Shown piece by piece: positions 9,928-19,498 of a DNA stretch of 64,000 bases; the stretch's first letter is position 1, and every line of letters starts with the position of its first letter. A program made the position numbers and the translations under genes. The notes under the pieces were generated by a model that was not told where the DNA came from, did no database searches, and saw only the letters and a list, made by a program, of their open reading frames with translations. The DNA comes from a bacterium (GTDB taxonomy: Bacteria > Bacillota_I > Bacilli_A > RF39 > UBA660). The stretch is taken from positions 16,874-80,873 of the forward strand of contig CAVIDW010000003.1 in the NCBI GenBank assembly GCA_963641945.1, read 5' to 3'.

Positions 9928-10266
9928 ATGAATTTAGTCGATAAGATTAATAAGAAACAAATTAATCCTAATGTTCCAGCATTTCAAGTTGGAGACACTG
10001 TAAGAGTAGATGTTAAAATCAAAGAAGGTAAAAGAGAAAGAATCCAAGCATTCGAAGGAATTGTAACTGCTCGTAAGGGTGGAAGTGTTTCTGAAACATT
10101 TACTGTAAGAAAGAAAAGTGGAAACGTTGGTATTAATAGAGTTTTCCCAGTTAATAGTCCTTTAATCGATAAGATAACAGTAGTTAAAAAAGGTAAAGCT
10201 AGAAGAGCTAAACTTAACTTCTTAAAGGGTATTACAGGTACATTCAAACTAAAAGAAAGAAATTAG
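9928..10266 (+). CDS. rplS: 50S ribosomal protein L19
   Basis: FQVGDTVRVDVKIKEGKRERIQAFEGIV signature. AAGGAGG RBS. Confidence 0.95.
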   Translation: MNLVDKINKKQINPNVPAFQVGDTVRVDVKIKEGKRERIQAFEGIVTARKGGSVSETFTVRKKSGNVGINRVFPVNSPLIDKITVVKKGKARRAKLNFLKGITGTFKLKERN

Positions 10267-10309
10267 GTTTTAAACCTAATTTTTTATTAAAGAATAGAAA
10301 GGAATATAT

Positions 10310-10804
10310 ATGAAAAAAATTTGGAATGAAATTAAAGATTATATATTTATTATTATAGCAGTAGTTTTAATACGTACATTTATTATAACTCCAGCCATAG
10401 TAGATGGTGGAAGTATGGATAATACTTTAGAAAATGGACAGCTAGTATTAATAAATAAATTTATTTATAGGTTTGATGATATTAATAGATTTGATATAGT
10501 AGTAATAAATAATGATGAAGACTCAGATAAAATAATTAAAAGAGTAATAGGTCTTCCAAATGAAATAATTGAATATAGAGATAATGTTTTATATATAAAT
10601 GGTAAAAAAGTCGAAGCTGAAATAGGTTTTATTGAAACAGAAGACTTTATAGCTAAAACAGGAGCAAATGAATATTTTGTTTTAGGAGACAATAGACCAA
10701 TATCTAAAGATAGTAGATATTTTGGTAGTTTCAAAAAAGATGACATAATAGGAAGAGTAACTATAAGATTATATCCATTTAGTAAATTCGGTTTGGTAAA
10801 ATAA
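10310..10804 (+). CDS. lepB: signal peptidase I (P-type, S26A)
   Basis: N-terminal TM helix, GGSMDNTL (catalytic Ser box), KRVIGLPNE, GDNRPISKDSR. Confidence 0.9.
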   Translation: MKKIWNEIKDYIFIIIAVVLIRTFIITPAIVDGGSMDNTLENGQLVLINKFIYRFDDINRFDIVVINNDEDSDKIIKRVIGLPNEIIEYRDNVLYINGKKVEAEIGFIETEDFIAKTGANEYFVLGDNRPISKDSRYFGSFKKDDIIGRVTIRLYPFSKFGLVK

Positions 10805-10818
10805 AAAAGGAGAATGTT

Positions 10819-11145
10819 ATGGAAAAAATATTTAATAAGTTAGTAAGGGATAATATTCCAGAAATAATAAAAAGTAAAAATGAAACTCCATATATTAGAA
10901 TATTATCAGATAATGAATATAAAAGAGAGTTATTTAGAAAATTAACTGAAGAATGTAATGAAGTAATAAGCACTAGTAAAAAGGATGAATTATTAGAAGA
11001 ATTAGCTGACGTCTTAGAAGTAATTAAAGCACTTTCAAAAACTGAAAATGAAAGTTTAGAAAAAATAATAGAATTAGCAGAAGAAAAAGCTAAAATTAAA
11101 GGTGCTTTTAACTCAAAAATCTTTTTAGAAAAAACAAGTGATTAA
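10819..11145 (+). CDS. MazG-like / phosphoribosyl-ATP pyrophosphohydrolase-like NTP pyrophosphatase
   Basis: KLVRDNIPEII N-terminus and EELADVLEV metal-binding helix. Confidence 0.6.
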   Translation: MEKIFNKLVRDNIPEIIKSKNETPYIRILSDNEYKRELFRKLTEECNEVISTSKKDELLEELADVLEVIKALSKTENESLEKIIELAEEKAKIKGAFNSKIFLEKTSD

Positions 11146-11283
11146 AAATATATTATTAGCAGGCAAACAATTAAAAGAAAATATTATAAAGTTTTAATTG
11201 AATAAACCTGCTTTTTTATAATTTAATAAATAAGAAAAATAAATATAATTATCATGTATAGAAAATAGTAAGAGGATTATAAT

Positions 11284-11848
11284 ATGTATGATTTTAAAAA
11301 ATAAAAAACAGTGCCAAAAATTTATATAGTCATTCTTTTCTTAATAATGCTTACATGTTTATTTTCTAGTACTCTCACTTGATAATTATTTCAAAAAAAT
11401 AATTGCCAAAAATTATAACATAACAATCAATAAAAAAGTAGAAAATGAAAAAAGTATGAAAATATCATTGATAACAGATTTACATTTAGGTTATAATACA
11501 ACATTATCACATATCAAAAATATGGTCTTGAAGTAGAAAAAAGACTACAGAAGAACTTTTAGAAAATGGAGATAAAACAAAACCAATATTTGTTTTAGAT
11601 CATGAACAATATGAATTAGAAGAATTATCAAATAATGGCGTAGATTTAGATTTATCAGGACATACTCATAATGGTCAAGTGTTTTCATCAAATATATTAT
11701 TAAACTTATATTGAAAATTGCACATGGTTTATTAAAAATAAATAATATGTATAGTGTAGTAACAAGTGGTATTGGAGTGTATGGACCAAATATGAGAGTT
11801 GGAGCAACCACAGAAGTAGTAAATATTAAAATAAAATTTAAGGAGTAG
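11284..11848 (+). pseudogene. decayed membrane metallophosphoesterase (paralogue of 26325..27389)
   Basis: Recognisable fragments ISLITDLHLGYNT and LDLSGHTHNGQV lie in different frames, interrupted by multiple stops and deletions. Confidence 0.75.
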
Positions 11849-11850
11849 AT

Positions 11851-12558
11851 ATGAATATAAAAAAGAAAATATTATTAATTATATTAACTATTACAGCAAT
11901 ATTTTCTTTTGCTAAAATAATTATTTATTATATAAACTCATACCAAAATAAAAAAACAAATCTAGAATTAATAGAAAAATCAATTAAAAAAATAGACAAT
12001 AAATTTAAAATAAATTATTCAAAAATAAATAATGAAGATGTAGTCGGATGGATTATAATGAATCAAAATAAAATAAATTATCCAATACTTAAATCAAATG
12101 ATAATAATTTCTATCTAACAAGAGATTATAATAAAAAAAATAATCAATCTGGAAGTATATTTATGGACTTTAGAAATAATGATTTTAAAGATAAAAATAC
12201 AGTCATATATGGACATTCTATGTTAGATGGAACAATGTTTGGTTCATTAAGAGAAATGTTTAAAAAAGGCTATTTTGACATTAAAAACAATAACTATATA
12301 AAAATATATGATTTAAATTCCAAAGAAACAACATATCAAATATTTAGTTACTACATTATTGATACAGAAGACTATTATATAACAACATCATTTACTACAG
12401 AAGAGCAATATAAAGCATTCATAGATAAAATAGCAAAAAGAAGTTATAAAAATTTTACCATCAAAATAGATACAACAGATCAAATACTAACGCTATCAAC
12501 TTGTAGTAGTAATAATAAAAGAAAAGTAATTCACGCAGTAAAATTAAGTAAAGAATAA
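11851..12558 (+). CDS. srtB: class B sortase
   Basis: N-terminal TM helix, NFYLTRDYN, TVIYGHSM and LTLSTCS catalytic Cys motif. Confidence 0.8.
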   Translation: MNIKKKILLIILTITAIFSFAKIIIYYINSYQNKKTNLELIEKSIKKIDNKFKINYSKINNEDVVGWIIMNQNKINYPILKSNDNNFYLTRDYNKKNNQSGSIFMDFRNNDFKDKNTVIYGHSMLDGTMFGSLREMFKKGYFDIKNNNYIKIYDLNSKETTYQIFSYYIIDTEDYYITTSFTTEEQYKAFIDKIAKRSYKNFTIKIDTTDQILTLSTCSSNNKRKVIHAVKLSKE

Positions 12559-12624
12559 TAAGTAGATTTATGACAATAAGTCTACTTTTCCTATTAAGAA
12601 ATATATATATTAATAGGTGACTTA

Positions 12625-13227
12625 ATGCAAAACATAATAATAAATATATTAAATGATTTTGGTTATCTAGGAATTTTTTTACTTATAACAATTGAAAACT
12701 TATTTCCACCAATTCCATCAGAATTAATACTTTTATTTGGCGGATTCATGACAACTTACACTAAATTAACTATATTTAAAATGATAATATTTTCAAGCCT
12801 AGCATCATTATTTGGATCAATAATTCTTTATTGCATAGGAAAAATATTTAGCAAAGAAAGACTTAAGAAAATTATATCTGGAAAAGTAGGTAAAGTATTA
12901 AGACTCAAAGAAAGTGATATTGATTCTTCTAATAAATGGTTTGATACAAAAGGTCAAAAAACAGTATTCTTTTGTAGATTTATTCCATTAATAAGAAGCA
13001 TAATAAGCATACCGGCAGGTATGAATGAAATGTCTATGATAAAGTTTATATCTTACACTTTACTAGGTTCACTAATATGGAACTCTATATTAATAATAAT
13101 TGGTTCAATAGTAGGTGAAAACTGGATAAATATTTTAAATATATTAGATATTTATTCAAAATACATACTTATTTCATTAGGAATAATATTAATGATAAAA
13201 ATAATAATATTTTATAGAAAAAAGTAA
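12625..13227 (+). CDS. DedA family membrane protein
   Basis: ENLFPPIPSELILLFGG, and FIPLIRSIISIPAG with the typical DedA re-entrant motif. Confidence 0.8.
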   Translation: MQNIIINILNDFGYLGIFLLITIENLFPPIPSELILLFGGFMTTYTKLTIFKMIIFSSLASLFGSIILYCIGKIFSKERLKKIISGKVGKVLRLKESDIDSSNKWFDTKGQKTVFFCRFIPLIRSIISIPAGMNEMSMIKFISYTLLGSLIWNSILIIIGSIVGENWINILNILDIYSKYILISLGIILMIKIIIFYRKK

Positions 13228-13315
13228 AAGATAAAAAAGGATTCTACATAGTAAATAAAAATATAGCACTTATAAGTTTTAAAAAAATATTCTAATTTTA
13301 AATATAGATAAATAT

Positions 13316-13720
13316 TTAATCATCACTTTTAGTATCTATTAAATAACTGAAGTATTCAGTCTTACCGCTTAAAACATCATCATAAAAGTTTTGCTTCCAA
13401 TGTACAAAATCTATTGATTCTTGAATTTGTTTTTTCTTAAGTTCTAATTCTTTAAGTTTTAAATCAAGAATTTCTTTTCTCTCTCTTATACTAGATTTTC
13501 CTTTTAAACAAAGATTTAAATATGTTTTTATTTCAGATATGCTCATACCACAATTTTTAAGACATGAAAGAGAATTTATCCAGTTAATATCATTATCATC
13601 AAATACACGATAATTATTTTTATTTCTTTTAACATTTGGAATAAGTCCTTCATTACAATAATATTTTAATGTGTCATAACTTAAATTAGTTTTTTCACAT
13701 ACTTGCTTCATACTATACAT
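13316..13720 (-). CDS. MerR family transcriptional regulator
   Basis: N-terminal HTH (MKQVCEKTNLSYDTLKYYCNEGLIP..YRVFDDNDINW) and a coiled-coil dimerisation helix. I prefer the ATG at 13720, which has a GGGGTG RBS. Confidence 0.85.
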   Translation of the reverse strand: MYSMKQVCEKTNLSYDTLKYYCNEGLIPNVKRNKNNYRVFDDNDINWINSLSCLKNCGMSISEIKTYLNLCLKGKSSIRERKEILDLKLKELELKKKQIQESIDFVHWKQNFYDDVLSGKTEYFSYLIDTKSDD

Positions 13721-13757
13721 ATTTTTACACCCCATAAATAAATTTTATAAAAAACTA

Positions 13758-13788
13758 TTGACCGTGAGTAACTCACGAGTGATATATT
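13758..13788 (+). promoter_or_regulatory. MerR-type promoter with 19-bp spacer and operator palindrome
   Basis: TTGACC (13758-13763), a 19-nt spacer and TATATT (13783-13788). The perfect palindrome CGTGAGT-A-ACTCACG (13763-13777) fills the spacer. It sits directly between the divergent merR gene and the reductase operon. Confidence 0.8.
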
Positions 13789-13832
13789 TAAATGGTACAT
13801 AAAAAGTGTATTTTTGTCAAGGAGGAGATTAT

Positions 13833-14723
13833 ATGGAATATGTAAAACTAAATAATGGTGTTGAAATGCCAATATTAGGATTTGGTGTTTATCAAATACC
13901 ACCTGAAGAAACAAAAGAATGTGTACTTAATGCTATTAAAGTAGGTTTTAGAAGCATTGATACAGCACAAAGTTATTTTAATGAAGAAGAAGTAGGCGAA
14001 GCAATATCTGAATGTGGAGTACCAAGAAAAGAACTATTTATTACAACAAAAGTATGGATTGATAATTATGGTTATGAAAAATGTAAAAAATCAATAGAAG
14101 AATCTTTGAAGAAATTAAAAACTGATTATATTGATTTAGTATTACTTCATCAACCATTTAGTGATTATTATGGTGCATATAGAGCATTAGAAGATTTATA
14201 TGAAGAAGGCAAGATAAGAGCAATAGGTGTATCTAATTTCTATCCAGATAGATTAAGTGATATGTGTTTATTTGATAGAAAAATAGTACCAACAGTAAAT
14301 CAAGTAGAAACAAACCCATTTAATGCACAATTTAAAGCACAAGAAAATATGGAAAAGTATGGAGTACACATTGAAGCATGGGCACCATTCGGAGAAGGAA
14401 GAAATGATTTATTTGAAAATGAAGCTTTAGTTAGCATCGGTAAGAAATATAATAAGAGTTCAGCTCAAGTAGTACTTAGATGGTTAATTCAAAGAGGAGT
14501 TATTATCGCATGTAAATCAACTCATATAGAAAGAATGAAAGAAAACTTTAACGTCTTTGATTTTAGCCTTTCAAAAGAAGACATGAAAGAAATAAATTCC
14601 TTAGATACAACTGATAGTTTATTCTTTAATCATCAAGACCCTAAAATGGTTGAATGGTTTGATAATATTGTAAAAGTTAGACATAATAATAAAGATTGTA
14701 GAAAGGAAAAAAAGAATTGGTAA
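13833..14723 (+). CDS. aldo/keto reductase
   Basis: MPILGFGV, IDTAQSY, LVLLHQP, VNQVE. ATG at 13833 follows an AAGGAGG RBS. Confidence 0.9.
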   Translation: MEYVKLNNGVEMPILGFGVYQIPPEETKECVLNAIKVGFRSIDTAQSYFNEEEVGEAISECGVPRKELFITTKVWIDNYGYEKCKKSIEESLKKLKTDYIDLVLLHQPFSDYYGAYRALEDLYEEGKIRAIGVSNFYPDRLSDMCLFDRKIVPTVNQVETNPFNAQFKAQENMEKYGVHIEAWAPFGEGRNDLFENEALVSIGKKYNKSSAQVVLRWLIQRGVIIACKSTHIERMKENFNVFDFSLSKEDMKEINSLDTTDSLFFNHQDPKMVEWFDNIVKVRHNNKDCRKEKKNW

Positions 14724-14727
14724 AATT

Positions 14728-15333
14728 ATGAAAAAGAAATTAATATTTATAGGAATTATGGTAGTTATCATAGTAGCAGTAGTAATATTTGTTATTATGA
14801 CTAAAAATAGAGAAAACAATGAAGTTAAAACTGACTTTAAAGGCGATGAAAAAATATTAGTAGTATATTATTCAGCTCAAAATCATACAGAAGCAGTAGC
14901 TCAAAAAATAGCTAGAGAATTAAATGCAGATATATTTGAAATTGAGCCAGTAGAAGAGTATACAAGTAATGATTTAAATTATAGTGATAGTAATTCAAGA
15001 GTATCAAAAGAACATAATGATGAATCTCTAAGAAATATTGAATTAAAACAAACTGCTGTAGACAATTGGAAAGATTATGATATAGTATTAATTGGTTATC
15101 CAATTTGGTGGGGAATAGCTGCTTGGCCAGTAAATAACTTTGTTAAAGAAAATGATTTCACTGAAAAAACAGTTATACCATTCTGTACATCAGCAAGTTC
15201 TGGAATGGGAAATAGCGCTGAACTATTAAAAGAAATGAGTAATGGTGGAAATTGGGAAAATGGAAAAAGATTTTCTTCAAATGCAAGTGACTCAGATATA
15301 AAAGAATTAACTAACAAAATAAAGGAGAAGTAA
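14728..15333 (+). CDS. flavodoxin-like protein with N-terminal membrane anchor
   Basis: TM helix, then ILVVYYS..T, and IGYPIWWG typical of the flavodoxin_4-like family. Confidence 0.7.
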   Translation: MKKKLIFIGIMVVIIVAVVIFVIMTKNRENNEVKTDFKGDEKILVVYYSAQNHTEAVAQKIARELNADIFEIEPVEEYTSNDLNYSDSNSRVSKEHNDESLRNIELKQTAVDNWKDYDIVLIGYPIWWGIAAWPVNNFVKENDFTEKTVIPFCTSASSGMGNSAELLKEMSNGGNWENGKRFSSNASDSDIKELTNKIKEK

Positions 15334-15334
15334 T

Positions 15335-15841
15335 ATGAAAAGTTTAGTAATTTATTTTTCCCACACTGGTGAAAATTACATGAGTGATGGAATAAGAAAT
15401 ATTGATAAAGGAAACACTGAAATAGTCGCAGAAAATATAAAAGAATTAACAAATGCTGATTTGTTTAAAGTAGAAACTGTTAAAGACTATCCATATAAGT
15501 ATAATGAATGTTGTGATGTAGCAAAAGAAGAATTATCATCAAATTATAGACCAGAATTAAAAAATGCTTTGAATAATTTAGACAATTATGATGTTATATA
15601 TATTGGAGGTCCAATATGGTGGGGACATTATCCATGTGCAATATTCACTGCATTAGAAAATTTAGATTTTACATCTAAAATAGTAAAACCATTCTCAACT
15701 CATGAAGGTTCAGGGGCAGGTCACATTATGGAAGATGTAAATAAATATTGTAAAGGTGCAATTATTAAAGAACCTTTAGCTATCAGAGGAAGTAACGCAA
15801 CCACATCAAAAGAAGTGCTAAAAGAATGGTGTGAAAAGTAG
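15335..15841 (+). CDS. flavodoxin-like protein
   Basis: LVIYFSHTGEN and GGPIWWG motifs. Confidence 0.7.
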   Translation: MKSLVIYFSHTGENYMSDGIRNIDKGNTEIVAENIKELTNADLFKVETVKDYPYKYNECCDVAKEELSSNYRPELKNALNNLDNYDVIYIGGPIWWGHYPCAIFTALENLDFTSKIVKPFSTHEGSGAGHIMEDVNKYCKGAIIKEPLAIRGSNATTSKEVLKEWCEK

Positions 15842-15875
15842 ATACAATTACATTTAGAGAAAGAAGGAATATAAA

Positions 15876-16196
15876 ATGATTAAACAAACAGCTGGTAGAG
15901 ATAGTTTAGGAGAATTTGCTCCTGCTTTTGCTCACTATAACGATGATATTTTATTTGGAGAAAACTGGAATGATAAAGGAATTGATTTAAAAACAAGATG
16001 TATTATAACAGTAGTGGCTCTAATGTCTTCAGGTATAACTGATAATTCATTAAGATATCATTTAGAAAATGCAAAAAAGAATGGTGTAACAAAAGAAGAA
16101 ATGGCTTCAATTATAACACATACAGCTTTCTATGTTGGATGGCCTAAAGGATGGGCTGTATTTAATTTAGCAAAAGAGGTTTATAAGGAAGATTAA
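15876..16196 (+). CDS. carboxymuconolactone decarboxylase (CMD) family protein
   Basis: LGEFAPAF..YNDDILFGENW..LDLKTRCII pattern. Confidence 0.75.
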   Translation: MIKQTAGRDSLGEFAPAFAHYNDDILFGENWNDKGIDLKTRCIITVVALMSSGITDNSLRYHLENAKKNGVTKEEMASIITHTAFYVGWPKGWAVFNLAKEVYKED

Positions 16197-16197
16197 T

Positions 16198-16686
16198 ATG
16201 AAAAGAATAATTATTTATTATAGTTATACTGGCAATACTAAAATGATTGCTAATAAATTAAAAGAAGAATTAAATTGTGATTTATTAGAGCTAACACCAC
16301 AAACTCCATTTAGTGAGGATTATGATGAAGTAGTAAATGAATATCAAAATAATTCAATAAATAATAGAGAAGTACCAATAAATGATATAAATATAAATTT
16401 AAATGATTATGATGAAGTAATTATAGGTACACCAGTTTGGTGGTATACAATTTCACCAGTAGTGACAGCGTTTTTAAAACAAAATGATTTATCAAATAAG
16501 AAAGTTTATATGTATGCAACTAATGCAGGATGGTTAGGTCACACATTTAAAGATTTTATTAAATTATGTTCTTCTGGAAAAGAAAGCAATTGTAAAAACA
16601 TAGTTTTTGATTCAGCAGACTTAAATAAATTAATTACATCACAAAAAGAAATAAATGCGTGGGCACAAGAAATAAAAGGAGAATAA
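16198..16686 (+). CDS. flavodoxin-like protein
   Basis: IIYYSYTGNT and GTPVWWYT motifs. Confidence 0.7.
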   Translation: MKRIIIYYSYTGNTKMIANKLKEELNCDLLELTPQTPFSEDYDEVVNEYQNNSINNREVPINDININLNDYDEVIIGTPVWWYTISPVVTAFLKQNDLSNKKVYMYATNAGWLGHTFKDFIKLCSSGKESNCKNIVFDSADLNKLITSQKEINAWAQEIKGE

Positions 16687-16687
16687 T

Positions 16688-17113
16688 ATGAATAAAGAAG
16701 AATTTGATAAAGTAAACGTTTTTGGATTAGGAGAACCAAATAAAAATTATGCACAATATTTTATAGGCAACTCATGTCTTCAACCATTAACAAATCCAAA
16801 TGAAACAGTATTTTTAGCTAATGTAACTTTTGAACCAAGCTGTAGGAATAATTGGCATATTCATCATTCTACAAAAGGTGGAGGTCAAATATTAGTATGT
16901 ACAGCAGGCTATGGTTGGTATCAAGAAGAAGGAAAAAAAGCAATCGGTTTAGAACCAGGAAAAGTCATTACAATTCCCGCAAACGTAAAACATTGGCATG
17001 GAGCTAAAAAAGATTCTTGGTTTAGTCATATTGCAATAGAAGTTCCAGGAGAAAATACTTCAAACGAATGGTGTGAACCTGTAAGTGATGAAGAATACAA
17101 TAAATTAAATTAA
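16688..17113 (+). CDS. cupin domain protein
   Basis: NNWHIHH..GGQIL..PANVKHWHGA..DSWFSHIA motif set. Confidence 0.75.
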   Translation: MNKEEFDKVNVFGLGEPNKNYAQYFIGNSCLQPLTNPNETVFLANVTFEPSCRNNWHIHHSTKGGGQILVCTAGYGWYQEEGKKAIGLEPGKVITIPANVKHWHGAKKDSWFSHIAIEVPGENTSNEWCEPVSDEEYNKLN

Positions 17114-17150
17114 AAAAATTATTTCAATTGAAATCGAGGTTATATAAAAT

Positions 17151-17370
17151 ATGTTAAAAAAATACAAAAGATTTATTAGAAAAAGTATTAAATTTTGATT
17201 ATTATCTATGTTTAGGAGTTGGAGATGATTTTTTAGTAATTGTAAACAATCAAAGCTCTTTAAAACTTGTACCAGTAGTGGATGAAGATAATAAGGATGT
17301 ATTAGAAGATATTGAAAATGAATACTTAATAAAAGAAATAGAAAATATCATAAAAAGAAAAGAAGACTAA
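17151..17370 (+). pseudogene. small hypothetical gene disrupted by a frameshift in an A7 run
   Basis: The ATG-initiated frame stops after 15 codons. The +1 frame is open to 17370 (..DLLEKVLNFDYYLCLGVGDDFLVIV..). One extra A in the A7 tract would join them. Confidence 0.45.
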
Positions 17371-17483
17371 AAAATATTGACACATAAGTAAATAAAATGT
17401 TAATCTATTATCAATAAAAAGAAAATGTATGTTTTATGATATTTGCAGTTAAAGTTGCGCAAGTATTTATTGTGATAGATTGG

Positions 17484-17518
17484 GAATATTGTAAAAAAAT
17501 ACAATATTCTTTTTCTTT
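17484..17518 (+). terminator. intrinsic terminator/attenuator hairpin in the leader of the queC stub
   Basis: Perfect 10-bp stem (GAATATTGTA / TACAATATTC) with an A6 loop, then TTTTTCTTT, immediately before the AGGAGG RBS. Confidence 0.65.
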
Positions 17519-17531
17519 AGAAGGAGGAATT

Positions 17532-17726
17532 ATGAAAAAAGCAATAGTTGCTATAAGCGGAGGAATTGATAGCGCAGTTGTATCTGCAATCGCAAAAAGT
17601 GAAGGATATGAACTTTATTTCTTAACTGTTAATTATGGACAAAAAAATCTAAAAAAGGAAATAAGTAATATTAAAAAGAAGCATAATTATTCTGGTAGGA
17701 TGATTTACTGCTTATTTTTTAAATAG
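17532..17726 (+). pseudogene. queC: 7-cyano-7-deazaguanine synthase QueC, N-terminal stub only
   Basis: MKKAIVAISGGIDSAVVSAIAKSEGYELYFLTVNYGQ (PP-loop SGGxDS) for about 45 aa. After that the similarity is lost and an early stop follows. Confidence 0.7.
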
Positions 17727-17747
17727 ATTTAAAAAATCATTGCATGA

Positions 17748-18140
17748 TGGTATACAATTTCACCAGTAGTGATTACATTCTTAAAACAAAACGATTTATC
17801 AAATAAGAAAGTTTATATGAATGCAACTAATGTAGGATGGTTAGGTCACACATTTAAAGATTTTATTAAATTACGTCTTAAAGGATAATATGAATAAAGA
17901 AGAATTTAATAAAGTAAATGCTTTTGGATTAGGAGAACTAAATAAAAACTATTCACAATATTTTATAGGCAATTCATATCTTCAAACATTAACAAATCCA
18001 AATGAAACAGTATTTTTAGCTAATGTAACTTTTGAACCCTGAAAAAATACTCCAAACGAATGATGTGAAGCTGTAAGTGATGAAGAATATAATAAATTAA
18101 ATTAAAAAAATTATTTCAATTGAAATCGAGGTTATATAAA
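17748..18140 (+). repeat. decayed partial duplicate of 16441..17149 (3' end of third flavodoxin plus cupin gene)
   Basis: Long runs of near-identical nucleotides to the parent copy, with two internal deletions and a TGG to TGA change at 18061. The shared 3' tail reads ATTATTTCAATTGAAATCGAGGTTATATAAA. Confidence 0.85.
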
Positions 18141-18190
18141 GTAAATGGACAAACTGAAATTTTTTGTCTATTTACTTTATTTTTTTATTT
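18141..18190 (+). terminator. intrinsic terminator
   Basis: A 13-bp stem (GTAAATGGACAAA / TTTGTCTATTTAC, one G-U pair) with a 9-nt loop, followed by a T-rich tract. Confidence 0.7.
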
Positions 18191-18253
18191 GATATAATTA
18201 ATCTAGATAATAAGGGAAGACTTATTATACTAAGAAGGAAGGGAGAAAAAAGA

Positions 18254-19498
18254 ATGAGTAGTATTCATGTAACAAGCGAAATCGGAAAGTTAAAGAAAGT
18301 ATTACTTCATAGACCTGGTAATGAATTATTAAATTTAACACCAGATACATTAGGAGAATTACTTTTCGATGACATTCCATATTTGGAGGATGCTCAGAAA
18401 GAACATGATGCATTTGCTGCAGCTCTAAGAGAGAATGGAGTAGAAGTTGTTTATCTTGAAGATTTAGTTGCTGATGTTATTAAAGATGATAACGTTCGTA
18501 CTAAATTTATTAAACAATTTATTAAAGAAGCAGGAATACATACTATTAAATATCGTAATCTAGTTTTTAGCTTCTTAGATGATATCAAAGATCCAAAACA
18601 ATTAGTATTACAAACGATGGAAGGTATTCAAATTAAAGATCTACCAGCTCATAAAAGAGATGTTGAAAAAACTCTTGTTGATTTAGTTGATGCTCCAGAA
18701 AAGTTTATTGCAGCACCTATGCCTAACTTATATTTCACTAGAGATAATTTTGCTAGTGTAGGTGAAGGGGCTAATTTAAATCATATGTATTCAGTAACTA
18801 GAAATAGAGAATGTATTTATGCTGAATATGTTTTTAAATACTATGAAGGCTTAAAAGACACACCTTTATATTACAATAGAGGATATCATTGGCATACTGA
18901 AGGTGGAGATGTTCTAAATATTAATGAACATATTGTAGCTATCGGTATTTCACAAAGAACAGAAGCAGCAGCTATTGATCAAATTGCTAAAAACTTCTTT
19001 AAGGATGAAACTTGCAAAATTGATACAATTTTAGCATTTAGTATTCCTGAATCAAGAGCTTTCATGCATTTGGACACTGTATTTACTCAAATTGATAAAT
19101 ACACATTTACATATCATCCTGGTATTTCTGAAACACTTCAAGTTTACGAAATTACTGAAGGCTACGATCCTACAACTTATGAGGATTTAAATGTTAAAGA
19201 GGTTACTGGTTCATTATCAGAAATCTTAGAAAAATATTTACATCACGAAGTGACACTTATTCCATGTGCTGGAGGAGACAAAGTTGCTTCTGAAAGAGAG
19301 CAATGGAATGATGGATCTAATACTTTATGTATTGCTCCTGGTGTTGTAGTTGTATATGATCGTAACAATGTTACAAACCAAGTTTTACGTGACGCTGGGC
19401 TAAAGGTAATTGAAATACATGGCGCTGAATTGGGGCGTGGTCGTGGTGGACCAAGATGTATGTCTATGCCATTAGTAAGGGAGGACGTTAAATGGTAA
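18254..19498 (+). CDS. arcA: arginine deiminase
   Basis: [18 protein letters not shown]-terminus and [11 protein letters not shown]-terminal catalytic Cys motif. ATG at 18254 follows a GGAAGGGAG RBS. Confidence 0.95.
   Translation: MSSIHVTSEIGKLKKVLLHRPGNELLNLTPDTLGELLFDDIPYLEDAQKEHDAFAAALRENGVEVVYLEDLVADVIKDDNVRTKFIKQFIKEAGIHTIKYRNLVFSFLDDIKDPKQLVLQTMEGIQIKDLPAHKRDVEKTLVDLVDAPEKFIAAPMPNLYFTRDNFASVGEGANLNHMYSVTRNRECIYAEYVFKYYEGLKDTPLYYNRGYHWHTEGGDVLNINEHIVAIGISQRTEAAAIDQIAKNFFKDETCKIDTILAFSIPESRAFMHLDTVFTQIDKYTFTYHPGISETLQVYEITEGYDPTTYEDLNVKEVTGSLSEILEKYLHHEVTLIPCAGGDKVASEREQWNDGSNTLCIAPGVVVVYDRNNVTNQVLRDAGLKVIEIHGAELGRGRGGPRCMSMPLVREDVKW

Noticed and set aside
17436-17726. The 96-aa ORF in the track taken as a genuine gene.
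   Set aside because: Its 5' third is leader DNA containing a terminator hairpin. Only residues from MKKAIVAISGG onward look like QueC, and only for about 45 aa. I annotated it as a queC stub.
18164-18253. Extended N-terminus of arcA from the track (MSIYFIFLFDIINLDNKG...).
   Set aside because: The conserved ArcA N-terminus begins at [14 protein letters not shown] (ATG at 18254) with a good RBS. The upstream part overlaps the terminator's T tract and the promoter region.
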